Positions 1-14,159 of a stretch of DNA of 64,000 bases are shown piece after piece. Position 1 is the stretch's first letter. Each line of letters begins with the position of its first letter. The stretch is from Octopus vulgaris. Its lineage: Eukaryota. Under the pieces are notes generated by a model that ran no database searches, was not told where the DNA came from, and worked only from the letters and a program-made list of their open reading frames with translations. The position numbers and the translations under genes are program-made. The stretch lies in NCBI GenBank assembly GCA_951406725.2, contig OX597840.1, positions 1,674,001 to 1,738,000 of the forward strand, read 5' to 3'.

Positions 1-1
1 C

Positions 2-33
<32 letters not shown>

Positions 34-73
34 CATCATCATATCATCACCATCATCATCATCAATAAAATCG

Positions 74-109
<36 letters not shown>

Positions 110-171
110 ATAAAATCGTCATCATCATCATTATCATCACCATCATCATCATCAATAAAATCGTCATCATC

Positions 172-242
<71 letters not shown>

Positions 243-1000
243 AAAATCGTCATCATCATCATCATCATCATCACCATCATCATCATCGCCGTCATCATCA
301 TATTAGGAGCACCGTTTCCGTCGCCATCGTGATCAATACATCGCGCTCCTTGTTAGAGAATCAATCATCGACGGAAACGTCATTGTCACATTCATTATAT
401 TCGTTATCAACAAACCTGACGCCTCAGAAATACATCACCACCACCACCATCACCACCACCACTACAACCACCACCACTGCCACCACCATCACCAGCACCA
501 GCCCTGCTACCACTACCACTAACACCACTACCATCATCACGTATCATCCTCACCATTCATCACCATCATCGCCATCATCATCATCGCCATCATCATCATC
601 ATCATCGCCATCCTCCTCCTCCTCATCATCATCATCATCCTCACCATTCATCACCATCATCGCCATCACCATCATCGCCATCCTCCTCCTCTCCTCCACA
701 TCATCATAATCATCATCACCATCATCGCCATCCTTCTCCTCCCCCTCCTCATCCTCATCATCATCAACAGGGCCGCAATTTTCATCCTCTTCATCAGAAT
801 CACCGCTATCAACGCCATTATTGCCATCATTGTCGAGCCCATCAACATCCCTATCGTTATCATCATCACTACCACGACCACTACCAGTACATCAATCTCT
901 TCCATACCATCAACATTAAGATGAAGATGATAATGCTAATGGTGGTGATGATGATGATGATTATGATGATGATGATGAGGGTAATGATGGTGATGACGAT
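1..1000. repeat. (CAT)n / (CAC)n / (GAT)n simple and degenerate trinucleotide repeats
   Basis: Near-pure (CAT)n at 1-300 interrupted by a recurring AATAAAATCGT motif; degenerate CAT/CAC/CCT tract to about 900; (GAT)n at 945-1000. Confidence 0.95.
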
Positions 1001-2310
1001 GTCGCTAAGACTGACGAAAATCCACTAAGACGGACGAAATGCCACTAAGACTGACGAAATACCGCTAAGACTGACGAAATGCCGCTAAGACTGACGAAAT
1101 ACCCCTAAGACTGACGAAATACCGCTAAGACTGACGAAATGCCGCTAAGACTGACGAAATGCCGCTAAGACTGACGAAATACCGCTAAGACTGACGAAAT
1201 GCCGCTAAGACTGACGAAATACCCCTAAGACTGACGAAATGCCGCTAAGACTGACGAAATGCCGCTAAGACTGACGAAATACCGCTAAGACTGACGAAAT
1301 ACCGCTAAGACTGACGAAATGCCGCTAAGACTGACGAAATGCCGCTAAGACTGACGAAATGCCGCTAAGACTGACGAAATGCCGCTAAGACTGACGAAAT
1401 GCCGCTAAGACTGACGAAATGCCGCTAAAACTGACGAAATGCCGCTAAGACTGACGAAATTCCGCTAAGACTGACGAAATACCGCTAAGACTGACGAAAT
1501 GCCGCTAAGACTGACGAAATGCCGCTAAGACTGACGAAATACCGCTAAGACTGACGAAATGCCGCTAAGACTGACGAAATGCCGCTAAAACTGACAAAAT
1601 GCCGCTAAGACGGACGGAATGCCGCTAAGACTGACGAAATGCCGCTAAGACTGACGAAATACCGCTAAGACTGACGAAATGCCGCTAAGACTGACGAAAT
1701 GCCGCTAAGACTGACGAAATGCCGCCAAGACTGACAAAATGCCGCTAAGACTGACGAAATACCACTAAGACTGACGAAATGCCGCTAACTGAGACTGACG
1801 AAATGCCGCTAAGACTGACAAAATGCCGCTAAGACTGACGAAATACCGCTAAGACTGACGAAATGCCGCTAAGACTGACGAAATGCCGCTAAGACTGACG
1901 AAATGCCGCTAAGACTGACGAAATACCGCTAAGACTGACGAAATGTCGCTAAGACTGACGAAATGACGCTAAGAATGACGAAATACCGCTAAGACTGACG
2001 AAATGCCGCTAAGACTGACGAAATGCCGCTAAGACTGACGAAATACCGCTAAGACTGACCAAATGCCGCTAAGACTGACGAAATGCCGCTAAGACTGACG
2101 AAATTCCGCTAAGACTGACGAAATGCCGCTAAGACTGACGAAATGCCGCTAAGACTGACGAAATGCCGCTAAGACTGACGAAATGCCGCTAAAACTGACG
2201 AAATGCCGCTAAGACTGACGAAATTCCGCTAAGACTGACGAAATGCGCTAAGACTGACAAAATGCTGCTAAGACGGACGAAATGTCGCTAAGACTGAAGA
2301 AATACCACTT
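1001..2310. repeat. 20-bp minisatellite (GCCGCTAAGACTGACGAAAT), about 65 copies, SINE-derived
   Basis: Clear 20-bp period with G/A variants. The unit matches SINE-B internal sequence (AAGACGGACCAAATGCCGCTAAG at about 15168-15190), and the array runs into a SINE-B end (GATTCTGCCAGGTCGCCGCC, 2322-2341). Confidence 0.95.
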
Positions 2311-3360
2311 TAAGTGCGTACGATTCTGCCAGGTCGCCGCCTTTAGTAGAAAGAAGATAATTCAACATCTTGACTGGGTTCTGATACTGAAAATATGCCA
2401 TCTTTGTGAGTTCCAGAGAGCAGCAGACTTCCAGAAAGCAGTTATTATATTATAGAGATATATGACTAGCAAGAAACTCATCAGTGAATGATTCGGTCAC
2501 AGAACGGAGTGACACATTTCAGTTACTTATCAGCGAAGACTAGGCTTACGCAAAAGCCAGCATTTTTGTCGAGTGGGGTCCATTTTGCTAGTCACGGATT
2601 TACATTTACTTAAGTCTATTGAACCAGGATGGATGGAGTGTAGTGTTGAACTCAATGAAATTTGGACATAAACCAAAGTGAATAAGGGTTTTAAATTTAG
2701 ACACCCAACCAAAAATATGTTATAAAGTACTGGTTAGTAGTTTACTTCCAGTTAAAAAAAATAGGGATTTTTAAGAGAAAATTTGGTTCCCACACAAAAA
2801 TGTGAAAGACGCCGATGATAACTTTAGAGGGGGGTGGAACCTGAAAACTTCTAAGCCGGAAGAGATGCTACTAGGTACCAAAACGAGATGTATAAACATG
2901 TAAATACATACATATATACATATATACACACTCTTATACAGATAAACACACATATATATTTATATATTTACACATATAAGCATACACATTCCCACGTATT
3001 TATATCAGTTTGGCATATTCTCGATCCCGGATATATTAACTTAAGTTTGGTCTCAGTGGCATTCGAACTCAGAAGCTTAGTGAAGGGAATGAAGAAGAAC
3101 CAAGAAGCAACTGTCCCAATGTCTAATAACAGTCCATATATACATATATGTGTGTATATACTTACACATACATGTGTATATATGTATATGCGTGCATATA
3201 TACACGCATATTTATATATGCATATATATATATATATATATGTGTGTGTTTATATACGTATATAGATATACACATGTAATAATGTATGTGTGTATGTGTA
3301 TAAGAATATGCATACACAATCCTAGAATTGAAATGTTAGTAATCAATATTTATATATATA

Positions 3361-3474
<114 letters not shown>

Positions 3475-3653
3475 ATTCGTCAATTCGTTTATCGATTTTA
3501 TAGATTAGAAGCTTGCCTTTCTCTTTAACATTCTCGCTTCCTTCCCGTATTCTCCTTACACCTTTTTCTATCTTTCCATTGTTATCCATATATCAGCCAC
3601 CGCCAGCAGCACCACCAACACCGCTGCCATCTTACAGAAGAACAGTAACAATA

Positions 3654-3709
<56 letters not shown>

Positions 3710-4309
3710 AAGAACACCGATATTGCCAGCCAACTCTCTTGCACTTACGCTTTCACTTAAATTCTCTATCGCATTTCTTTTCTTCTCTTCTCTTCTCCGC
3801 TCCTCTCCTCTCCTCGCCCCTTCTGTTCCCCTCTCTCTGTTGTCCTCTTTATCAAAGCCTTATCTCTCGTTTCCATTTTCTAGTCTATTCTATCTGGAAA
3901 TTGATGGATTGTATCAAGCATTTGCTTCAAACAACATATTCTCCAAGACACTGTGGACAACTCTGCGTATAGAGTCCTCGGTCGCAATACAATGCCTTCA
4001 CACACAATCTTTTTATTCGCGTGCCATATCACCCGCAACTCTTCCTCGCCCCACACCTTGCAGGCTTTCCAGCCTTTTCCCTTCTCCTCCACGCTTCTCA
4101 ATCTTGCCATTCACAAACGAACGAAATAGACCGGAACCCACCAGCCAAACCGGCCAACTCGTCAGCCAGCGAAGAAACCGACCAACCAACCACCGAACCA
4201 TCCAACCCACCATGTTATCTGGAGCCATCCTCCATCAGCAACACAACGATCACCCACACCAGCATCAATACATTTTCCAATACCAATTGATAATAGCGAA
4301 TTAAAAATG

Positions 4310-5771
<1,462 letters not shown>

Positions 5772-6007
5772 AAATTTTGGGAGACGAAAATCAAAAGTAG
5801 AACCTGAAGGTTTGATATTATAGATGGACTTGAACGATTCGTGGTCAAGCTGGAGCATATGATGCAAACCATAAGTCATATGATACCCACTGAGTGTAGT
5901 CCTTTCAATCTGTAGAATAACAAACCTGACCGCATACATCGTGAATTGTCAGTCTTCATTCAATGTGCAAGTGCATTACCGTTTCAAGAAGTACGGCAAT
6001 ACAATGG

Positions 6008-6046
6008 ATCGCTGAAGAGGTCCACTAAGGATGAAACATGTCCAAT
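6008..6046 (+). ncRNA. Minimal type-I hammerhead ribozyme-like motif
   Basis: ATCG-CTGAAGA-G-GTCC(actaa)GGAT-GAAAC-AT-GTC-CAAT: intact core, 4-bp stem II, palindromic stem III ACATGT, GUC site; stem I has one mismatch. Confidence 0.6.
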
Positions 6047-6139
6047 ATTATGTGACGTATCTGTAGAAGGAGATGACGAATGCAAAAGGAATTCAAGTTG
6101 ACAGATTTCGGAATTTTAGCAGAAGGTCAAGAATTTGAG

Positions 6140-6925
6140 GAACAGTGTGAGTCGATTCCATCGACGCGAGTTCTCGACTTCAACCTATTCCATCGAGAAG
6201 AAAGGAAAAGCTGACCTCAGCAGAATTGGGACTAAGAAAGTAGAGACGGACGAAATGCCACAGAATATTTTTGTCCGGCATGTTAACGATTCTTATTTCT
6301 TTACTGCCCACAAGGGGCTACACACAGAGGGGACAAACAAGTTAAGACAAACGGATTAAGTAGATTATATCGACCCAAATACGTAACTGTTACTTATTTA
6401 TTCGACGCAGAAAAGATGAAAAGCAACGTCGACTTCGGTGGAATTTGAACTCATAACGTAACGGCAGACGAAATACCTATTTCTTTATTACCCACAAAGG
6501 GCTACACACAGAGAGGACAAACAAGGACAGACAAACGGATTAAATCGATTACATCGACCCCAGTGCGAAACTGGTACTTTGTTTATCGACCCTGAAAGGA
6601 TGAAAGGCCAAGTCGACCTCAGTGGAATTTGAACTCAGAACGTAACGGCAGACGAAATACCGCCAAGCATTTCGCCCGGCGTGCTAATGTTTCCGCCAGC
6701 TCGCCGACTAATAGGAAGTCACTGACATGGTTTTAAAATTTTTAAACAAGGCCAACAAAGGCTGGGGATGAGGAAGTGGATTGCATCCATTCCAGTCCTC
6801 ACATGGTACCTAGTGTATCGACACACAAAAGATGTAAGTCAAAGTTTCCCTCGATTGAATTTGAACTCAGCACGTAAAGAGAAACGAAATGATGACGTGT
6901 TACCGATTATGTCAGCTCGGCGCCT
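6140..6925 (-). mobile_element. Tandem copies of tRNA-derived SINE family B
   Basis: Reverse complement of the family seen at 37627-37860 (GGCGAGCTGGC head, GAGTTCAAATTCC B-box, CCCCTTGTGGGTAGTAAAGAAA tail); 3-4 head-to-tail or partial copies. Confidence 0.85.
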
Positions 6926-7113
6926 TATGGGAAATTACTAATAGTAGTTCCAGATTGTAGCACAAGACAACACCAATATTGCTTTCCGTAAATTATCGGT
7001 ATATTTAGTAGGTGGATTTTGATATAATTATGGCGTTTAATGGTATGTAGGTATTTGTGTGTATGGATGTGTGTATATATCTATATCTATAGATCTACCT
7101 ATGTCTCTATATA

Positions 7114-7218
<105 letters not shown>

Positions 7219-7246
7219 GAAATGAGGTAATCTTAAGATCGGATGG

Positions 7247-7297
<51 letters not shown>

Positions 7298-7348
7298 CGC
7301 TATATTTTCAAATCAAATTGAAATATATATATATGTACTCATTAATTA

Positions 7349-7529
7349 TTTACTCATTTCAGTCATTTGACTGCGGCCATGCTGGAGCACCACATTTATT
7401 CTTTGTAAGCCTAGTACTTATTCTATCGGTTTTTTTGCCGAACCTCTAAGTTATGGGGACGTAAACACACCACCAGCGGTTGTCAAGCGATGTTGGGGGA
7501 CAAAGACAAACACAGAAACATATAAACAC

Positions 7530-7575
<46 letters not shown>

Positions 7576-7733
7576 GACGGGCTTCTTTCAGTTTCTGTCT
7601 ACCAAATCCACTCACAAGGCTTTGGTCAGCCTGAGGCTATAGTAGAAGACACTTATCCAAGGTTCCACACAGTGGGAACGAATCCTGAACCACATGGTTG
7701 GTAAGCACGCTACTTACCACACTGCCATTCGTG
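7349..7733 (-). mobile_element. tRNA-derived SINE family A
   Basis: Reverse complement of 13799-14159, with the internal (TA)n tract. Confidence 0.9.
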
Positions 7734-7759
7734 GGACCGTAGAATATGTAACAATTTAA

Positions 7760-8950
7760 AATAAGGGCCGTTATATATAACCCTTTTATTTGTCTTACAG
7801 CTGTTTGCAGTAGTCGTTATCGGTAAATAACTGATAGGTTTACTCTGTTGGTCCTATTAATCAATTGAAGCGATTTGAACGTCTTAGGAAAATTAATGCT
7901 GTTTTCGTCAGAGCCATTTCTGGATATAACAAACTGACAACATGAGGAATGGCTATCCTGTGTGGAAAGGTGGGGGGAGATGGGGGATGTTCAAGTAGAA
8001 CAGAGAACAGGGGAAAACAGATTAAAGGAGTGGTGCGGGAGCCACTTAGAAGTAGTAAGGGTATTGTATTGCCATTTGTGGAAAATTGACAGTCCAATAC
8101 ACGGGTCAGCACCAATTCCATATTAGCATTATATATAGGTTAGATATTTTCCAACCATTGGGTTGAAATTTGATATGGGCTTTTCATGGATATGGGTCAG
8201 TCTAAGGCAGTAATTTTCAATTTTTAATTTAGCATAGTTGGGGGATAATGTTAGAGAGTGGAAGGATACTAGTTTTGTTCACATTATAAAGGTTATAAAA
8301 GCTATTATTTTCAGAAAATAAATATTGATAGATTTAGGCATGTTGCTACAAATGGGGTGATATCACGTTAAACTTGAAGAGAAATAATTGTTTTCATTAA
8401 ATTGTTATAGATCATTTTTGTTCATCGATCTGTTGATGAATACAGTAATATGGATACCATTATTCCCCTTCCATTGAACATGTTAAAACATGTCCGTTGG
8501 TTTTTAAGATGGTCTGGGGTAATAAACGCAGTGTGAAGTAAATAAGGTAGATTATATCAATTACATGAGTTTTGGTACTCCTAAGAACAGACATTCTTGA
8601 ATAATTAATTTATAAGAAAGAAATCGTTTATAAACTAATTCTTTTTCCTGTTCGGCTGTAGTTTGTATTTTCTCTAATAATCGACCCTTCCATATTTAAT
8701 CTGGGTTTATTGTCTGCAGATTGACAAAATGGGAAGACAAGAATTTTGAGATATTTTGCTTCGGCAAATGGAATTTGTCTAGTTTTGGTATCAGGCATTT
8801 GCTGACGATGAATATTTAATCTCATTTTGAAAGTGATGTTCGTTTGTCCAATGTAGTCTCCCCTGCATGCATTGCATTTGATGACATATTTCAATTTTTT
8901 GTCTACTTTAGACAGGTATGAAACTGAAATCAGTAAAATAACATATTTTT
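7760..8950 (-). mobile_element. Penelope-like retroelement remnant (GIY-YIG endonuclease plus probable terminal-repeat region)
   Basis: Minus-strand translation YVIKCNACRGDYIGQT...RLNIHRQQ fits the PLE GIY-YIG signature (Y-x2-C-x2-C-x3-YIGQT...R...H). Downstream lie a decayed hammerhead (CTGACGA at about 7911, AAACAGCTGTA at about 7804) and AATAAA. Confidence 0.75.
8628..8900 (-). pseudogene. GIY-YIG endonuclease fragment of a PLE
   Basis: Part of ORF 8628..9044. The N-terminal part of that ORF is read from an adjacent SINE and is spurious. Confidence 0.75.
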
Positions 8951-8954
8951 GAGT

Positions 8955-9205
8955 GGAGTTGGTTGATGGAAATTGAAAGAACCCCGTCGTATATATATAT
9001 ATATATATGTAGGTGTGTCTTTGTCCGCTCCCATAGCTCGACAACCGATGTTGCTGTGTTTATGTCTTCGCAAAAGAGATTGATAGAATACGTACTAGCC
9101 TTACGAACAATAAGTCCTGGGGTTGATTCTTTCGGCTAAGAGGTGGGGCTCCAGCATGGCCGCAGTCAAATAAGTGAAACAAGTAAAATCAGAAGAATAA
9201 AAGCA
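8955..9205 (+). mobile_element. SINE family A, 3' part
   Basis: GGAAATTGAAAGAACCCCGTCG...CTCCAGCATGGCCGCAGTCAAA...AAACAAGTAAAA. Confidence 0.85.
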
Positions 9206-9660
9206 TATATATATATATGCACCACGTACTTCCGCAGCGCTTGTTTCTAACACATTTACTGAGTCGTTGGCCGGTCAAGGAGACACTTGTCCAAGGGGCC
9301 ACAGATCGAGAATGAACTGGAAACCACTAGCTTCTAGAGCGAACTGCTTCACCACGTAGCCATATCTGCGGCTAGAGCAACAAAATGGTGATATATATTA
9401 ATCAAATGTCGTCCATTACGTAAACCATTCACATCGTTGAGTTATCTCTTGCAAAACAATGAGAATGAAAGGCAACTCGAAATTAGAAAATCTCGGAGCA
9501 ATAACTAAATACTAACAAACTAACAGTGAAGCAAATGATACACAAATATATAACCTCATTATGCATAACTGTGTGGTTTAGAATTTCACGTGGTTATTGA
9601 CCTCGATGAAATGTCCTATATATATGCGTGTGTGTGTGTATATACCTATATAGATATGTA

Positions 9661-9691
<31 letters not shown>

Positions 9692-9694
9692 GTA

Positions 9695-9760
<66 letters not shown>

Positions 9761-10250
9761 TGTGTGTCTGTGTGTGTGTTTGTAGGTGTGCGAGCGAGTG
9801 TGCATGTGTGTGTGGTGGGGTATGGTGTCTATATTTGTAGAAAAACTCATTAACGATGTATGAATATAAAACCAGTGTAGTGTATTTTCGATTTATATAT
9901 TCTGAGGCTATGTGCCCAACACGCTACCACTGCCACGGTCTCCTCAAAGGAAATAAATGTTTATAAATTTACTAATTTAAATTATCTCCTTTCTTTGCTA
10001 AAGGCAGATCATGTAATAACTTTGAAATCTATATTAAACCATTTTATTTCTTATATTGTCTGTTCTCTGTTTTATATATTGGACTATTTCAAATGTACGA
10101 AACGTGTTAACAACGCAATACATGCTGCAGTACTGGGACGGTGATTTGCTCACTGAAATGCACCACTTTGGTCTTTCGATACATCGAGAACCACGTCTTG
10201 GAAACTACATACATAGCTATACGATCCACATATATATCCACTACCCACAG

Positions 10251-10737
10251 TAGTCAGACCTTGACTACTGGGGTAGACTAGAGAAGCTGAAACTGTATTC
10301 ACTCCAACGACGCCGTGAACGCTACATTATCTGTATGATGTGGAAAATATTCCATCAGCACTGTCCGAATGATGTTGGCATCACCTTCAAGGCTTGGACC
10401 ACGTGCCATCCGTCCACAACAAAAATCCAAATCGCATCACATAGCGACAATACGGCACAATTATTTTACCTCAATTGGACCCGCTCTCTTCAACATTACA
10501 CCAGGACACGTCAAAACAAAAACTGACGACACAAAATTCAAGAAGTCTTTGGACAAATTCCTTCAAACAGTCTCGGACAAACCACCCACACCCGGATATG
10601 TCTCCGCAAACAATAACTCTCTGCTCGAATGAGCCTCGGTGCCCAAATCCTGAATTGAAAGACTTCGCCAGGTGGTGCTATTAAGTTAGACATGGCCTGG
10701 GCCAATAATGGCCAAAACCTTTCTAAGTTATTCTAAG

Positions 10738-10740
<3 letters not shown>
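10251..10740 (+). mobile_element. CR1-group LINE 3' end (5'-truncated)
   Basis: Translates LDYWGRLEKLKLYSLQRRRERY, then after a frameshift NYFTSIGPALFNITP...FKKSLDKFL, typical of the post-RT C-terminus. Ends in a short tandem tail (TTCTAAGTTA x2) next to (TA)n. Confidence 0.8.
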
Positions 10741-10779
<39 letters not shown>

Positions 10780-11050
10780 GTGGAACAAAAACGCAATAGA
10801 GGGTACTAAAACGTTCGGACAGATAGACGACAAAATGGCGGGCAAGAGAAACAACAGTTAGAAGGACAAGCAGAAAAAAACAGGTTATTCTTGGCTTTCT
10901 TTCATCAGTCAAGTACCAGCAGTCTCGACCATTACACTTGAGATGGTTCGATCCGGTTGTCCCCCAAAAAGTCTAAGCTAAGAGCATTAGAACCCTTTAT
11001 AAGAAAGCTTGCGAATGCGTACGAAAATAAAGACATGCATACATACATAA

Positions 11051-11092
<42 letters not shown>

Positions 11093-11124
11093 ACAATTTA
11101 ATAAATAAAACATATATGTACATA

Positions 11125-11250
11125 CGTGGAGGCGCAATGGCCCAGTGGTTAGGGCAGCGGACTTGCGGTTCCCTGCTGTACTCTTTCACCACTCTAAAGG
11201 CGGTGCTCCAGCATGGCCGCAGTAAAATGACTGAAACAAGTACAAAAAAA
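11125..11250 (+). mobile_element. Internally deleted tRNA-SINE head (family of 55309) fused to a SINE-A tail
   Basis: GTGGAGGCGCAATGGCCCAGTGGTTAGGGCAGCGG joined to TCCCTGCTGTACTCTTTCACCAC, then AAAGGCGGTGCTCCAGCATGGCCGC. Confidence 0.8.
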
Positions 11251-11490
11251 AAAAAAAAAAAAAATACCTACATCTATATGTATATATACATGCATATATG
11301 TATATATACATGCATATATGAGTACAGGACACCACAAATAAACGTAGAACACAACGAGAAACGAAAACACAAAACCAAACAAGGAAACGGACTTTTTTTA
11401 ACAACGAAAAAACAGACCACAAGACAAACAACACAAGGAACATTCCCCTTCTTCAGCTGCCCCTGTTTCGACTCAATGCGTGTTTCAAGT

Positions 11491-11527
<37 letters not shown>

Positions 11528-11560
11528 GTGTGTGTGATTGTGTATAGAAGAATATATTAA

Positions 11561-12027
11561 TAAAAAGAATTCCAACCTTGTCTGATTTTCACGTTTTATT
11601 TACAATCTTATAATGATATATTATAAGATAATATATTATAATTGAATAAAATAAAATGAAATAGTAGAATGTTAAATATTCATTCTGATTGAACTAGTAC
11701 TTTCATGCATTGAATTCTGCAATCTTCGGGTTCATGTAGTAGTGTTGACAGTCATGCTTCACAATTTTTGACTGTCAATCTTCGGGTTCATGTAGTAGTG
11801 TTGACAGTCATGCTTCACAATTTTTGACAGTCAAAAATTGTGAAGCATGACTTCAACTACTACATGAACCCGAGATTGCAGAATTCAATGCATGAAAGTA
11901 CTAGTTCAATCAGAATGAATATTTAACATTCTACTATTTCATTTTATTTTATTCAATTATAATATATTATCTTATAATATATCATTATAAGATTGTAAAT
12001 AAAACGTGAAAATCGACAGTTAATTCT

Positions 12028-12032
<5 letters not shown>
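11561..12032. mobile_element. Long palindromic (fold-back) element with a hammerhead-like motif in each arm
   Basis: Arms of about 200 bp are reverse complements around A11829; a 56-bp tandem duplication lies in the left arm (11720/11776); (TA)n on both sides. Confidence 0.85.
11690..11734 (-). ncRNA. Hammerhead-like motif (CCGAAGA core variant)
   Basis: Minus strand: TGAAC-CCGAAGA-T-TGCA(gaattcaa)TGCA-T-GAAA-GTAC-TA-GTTCA; 5-bp stem I, palindromic stem III AGTACT. The mirror copy at 11865-11908 (+) lacks one core A. Confidence 0.6.
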
Positions 12033-12061
<29 letters not shown>

Positions 12062-12098
12062 TAAGCAATAGGCTTTAGAAACCTACATTAAAGAAAGA

Positions 12099-12147
12099 GT
12101 TATAGCTATTTCTTCTACTAAAAAGTAGTAGAAGAAATAGCTATAAC
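12099..12147. repeat. Perfect 22-bp hairpin with a 5-nt loop
   Basis: GTTATAGCTATTTCTTCTACTA-aaaag-TAGTAGAAGAAATAGCTATAAC. Confidence 0.9.
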
Positions 12148-12248
12148 ATACTATTTATACAATTGTTCGTTTGTTTTCCTCCTGCCTTTTACATGCGAAG
12201 ACTACTTTGTAATTTAATTATTCCAAATTAATTAATTTCACCCTTCAT

Positions 12249-12280
<32 letters not shown>

Positions 12281-12462
12281 TTAATGAATTGAAGAAATGG
12301 AGTTGAACGAAGATTGAACAGAATTGCTTTTATTGCATTCTACACATGTTTCAAAAGCCACAATTTTCCAAATTCTGATTGAATAAGGATACCATATTGT
12401 GGCTTTTTTTGCTACCAAGGTATCGGTTAAACTTTTGATTAATCTACAAGATTATTCGTCTT

Positions 12463-12523
<61 letters not shown>

Positions 12524-12726
12524 AATATTAGGGAATATATATATATACATGGCAACTAAATACTTCAAGACTATAAATCTTAAATACAACTTTCCTACAT
12601 ATATGAAGAATCTTTATAATTTTGGGGCTAGCTCATTCTGTGACCAGAAATGATCGTGGAATATGAAAATGTGAAAATGCCGTAGATTTTAAGTACTTTT
12701 AAATGCCCTTAACATTATAGTACGTG

Positions 12727-12895
12727 TACAACATCCCTCGATTATCGCGAGTATTACATTAGAAAACCCCCACCGCGATAGCTGAAAATCCGCGAAGTAG
12801 AAGCATTACTATACGATATATGCTTATTATTATTTTATAATTTGTATAGATATATATACATATATATATATATATTATTATCATCATCATCATCA

Positions 12896-12960
<65 letters not shown>

Positions 12961-13076
12961 AATGCAAAACAACACCACAGAGGAATCGACGTAAGCTTAA
13001 ATAATAAACCGCGAAATGTGAACCGGGATAGGTGGAACGCTGTAGGTGAACCGCGATATGTCGGGGGTTTATTGTA
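12727..13076. mobile_element. Tigger/pogo-like MITE
   Basis: Imperfect TIRs TA-CAACATCCCTCGATTATCGCG and CGCGATATGTCGGGGGTTTATTG-TA, TA target duplication, subterminal CCGCGA repeats. Confidence 0.7.
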
Positions 13077-13464
13077 GTCTTCTGAAAAAACGTTTTTTTA
13101 TGATGAAATATTGCCCTCATCAATTAATTAATAAAGCTCGTTGGAAACAGCTGTAATGAAATTACACCTATCCATTGTCCGTTATTTAGTTATTTATGAT
13201 CTCACTTTTCTCCGAATCTGCTTCTCACGTGTTCCAAATTATATTATGGACCGTATATTTAATACAATGTGCATTTCTCAATTAGCCTAAGGGCTGATAA
13301 TATACTCAGTTGCGTTCAATTATATACACAACCTGAATATCTTTCTGCCTGTACTTTGGTGCCGTTGTATGTTTTCCTCTATAGTTGCTGTGTATGCGTT
13401 TTGATTATCTTGAGCCAACCCGCTGCCTTACCATTTCAGCACCTTATTCACCTGAATCTTTATA

Positions 13465-13690
13465 CATGTGTGTGTGTTTGTGTGTCTGCATTTGCCCTCC
13501 ACCTTCTCTTGACAATCGATGTTGGTGTGTTTACACCCCGTAAATTAGCGGATCGGCAAAAGCGACCGATGGAAGATGTACTAGGCTTACAAATGATAAG
13601 TCCCGGGGTCAATTTCTTCGACTACAGACGGTGCTCCGGCATGGCCGCATTCAAATGACTTAAACCAATAAAATAATAAAATAATGAAAG
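13465..13690 (+). mobile_element. SINE family A, 3' half
   Basis: TTGACAATCGATGTTGGTGTGTTTAC...GGTGCTCCGGCATGGCCGC. Confidence 0.85.
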
Positions 13691-13735
13691 AATATATATA
13701 TATACATATATTCATACCTATATAAATATATATAC

Positions 13736-13793
<58 letters not shown>

Positions 13794-13798
13794 AAAAT

Positions 13799-14159
13799 GT
13801 GGCTGTGTGGTAAGTAGCTTGCTTATCAACCACATGGTTCCGGGCACAGTCCCACTGTGTGACACCTTGGGCAAGTGTCTTCCACTATAGCCTTGTGAGT
13901 GGATTTGGTAGACGGAAACTGAAAGAAGCCCGTGTATATGTTTGTGTGTCTGTGTTTGTCCCCCCCCCCCCCCAACATCACTTGACAACCGATGCTGGTA
14001 TGCTTACGTCACCGTAACTTAGCAGTTCGGCAATAGAGAACGATAGAATAAGTACTAGGCTTACAAAGAATAAGTCCTGGGGTCGATTTGCTCGACTAAA
14101 CGCGGTGCTCCAGCATGGCCACAGTCCAATGACTGAAACAAGTAAAAGAGTAAAGAGTA
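13799..14159 (+). mobile_element. SINE family A, near full length
   Basis: A-box-like TGGCTGTGTGG, degenerate B-box, CCTTGGGCAAGTGTCTT body, GACTGAAACAAGTAAAAGAG tail. Confidence 0.9.

Noticed and set aside
1001-2310. CRISPR-like array, or a hammerhead array (the unit contains CTGACGA and GAAA)
   Set aside because: Units are contiguous with no unique spacers and no cas genes; the core-like words have no supporting stems; the unit is explained by SINE-B.
3884-3966. Possible plus-strand exon after a pyrimidine tract
   Set aside because: Poor donor and no recognisable protein; the pyrimidine tract is low-complexity.
5806-5910. Possible minus-strand exon (IERTTLSGYHMTYGLHHMLQLD...)
   Set aside because: Weak donor (GTTCTA), no recognisable motif, and next to a hammerhead-bearing repeat.
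10890-10913. Hammerhead on the minus strand (CTTGA-CTGATGA-AA-GAAAG-CCAAG)
   Set aside because: No stem II or stem III and no NUH site; at most a deleted remnant.
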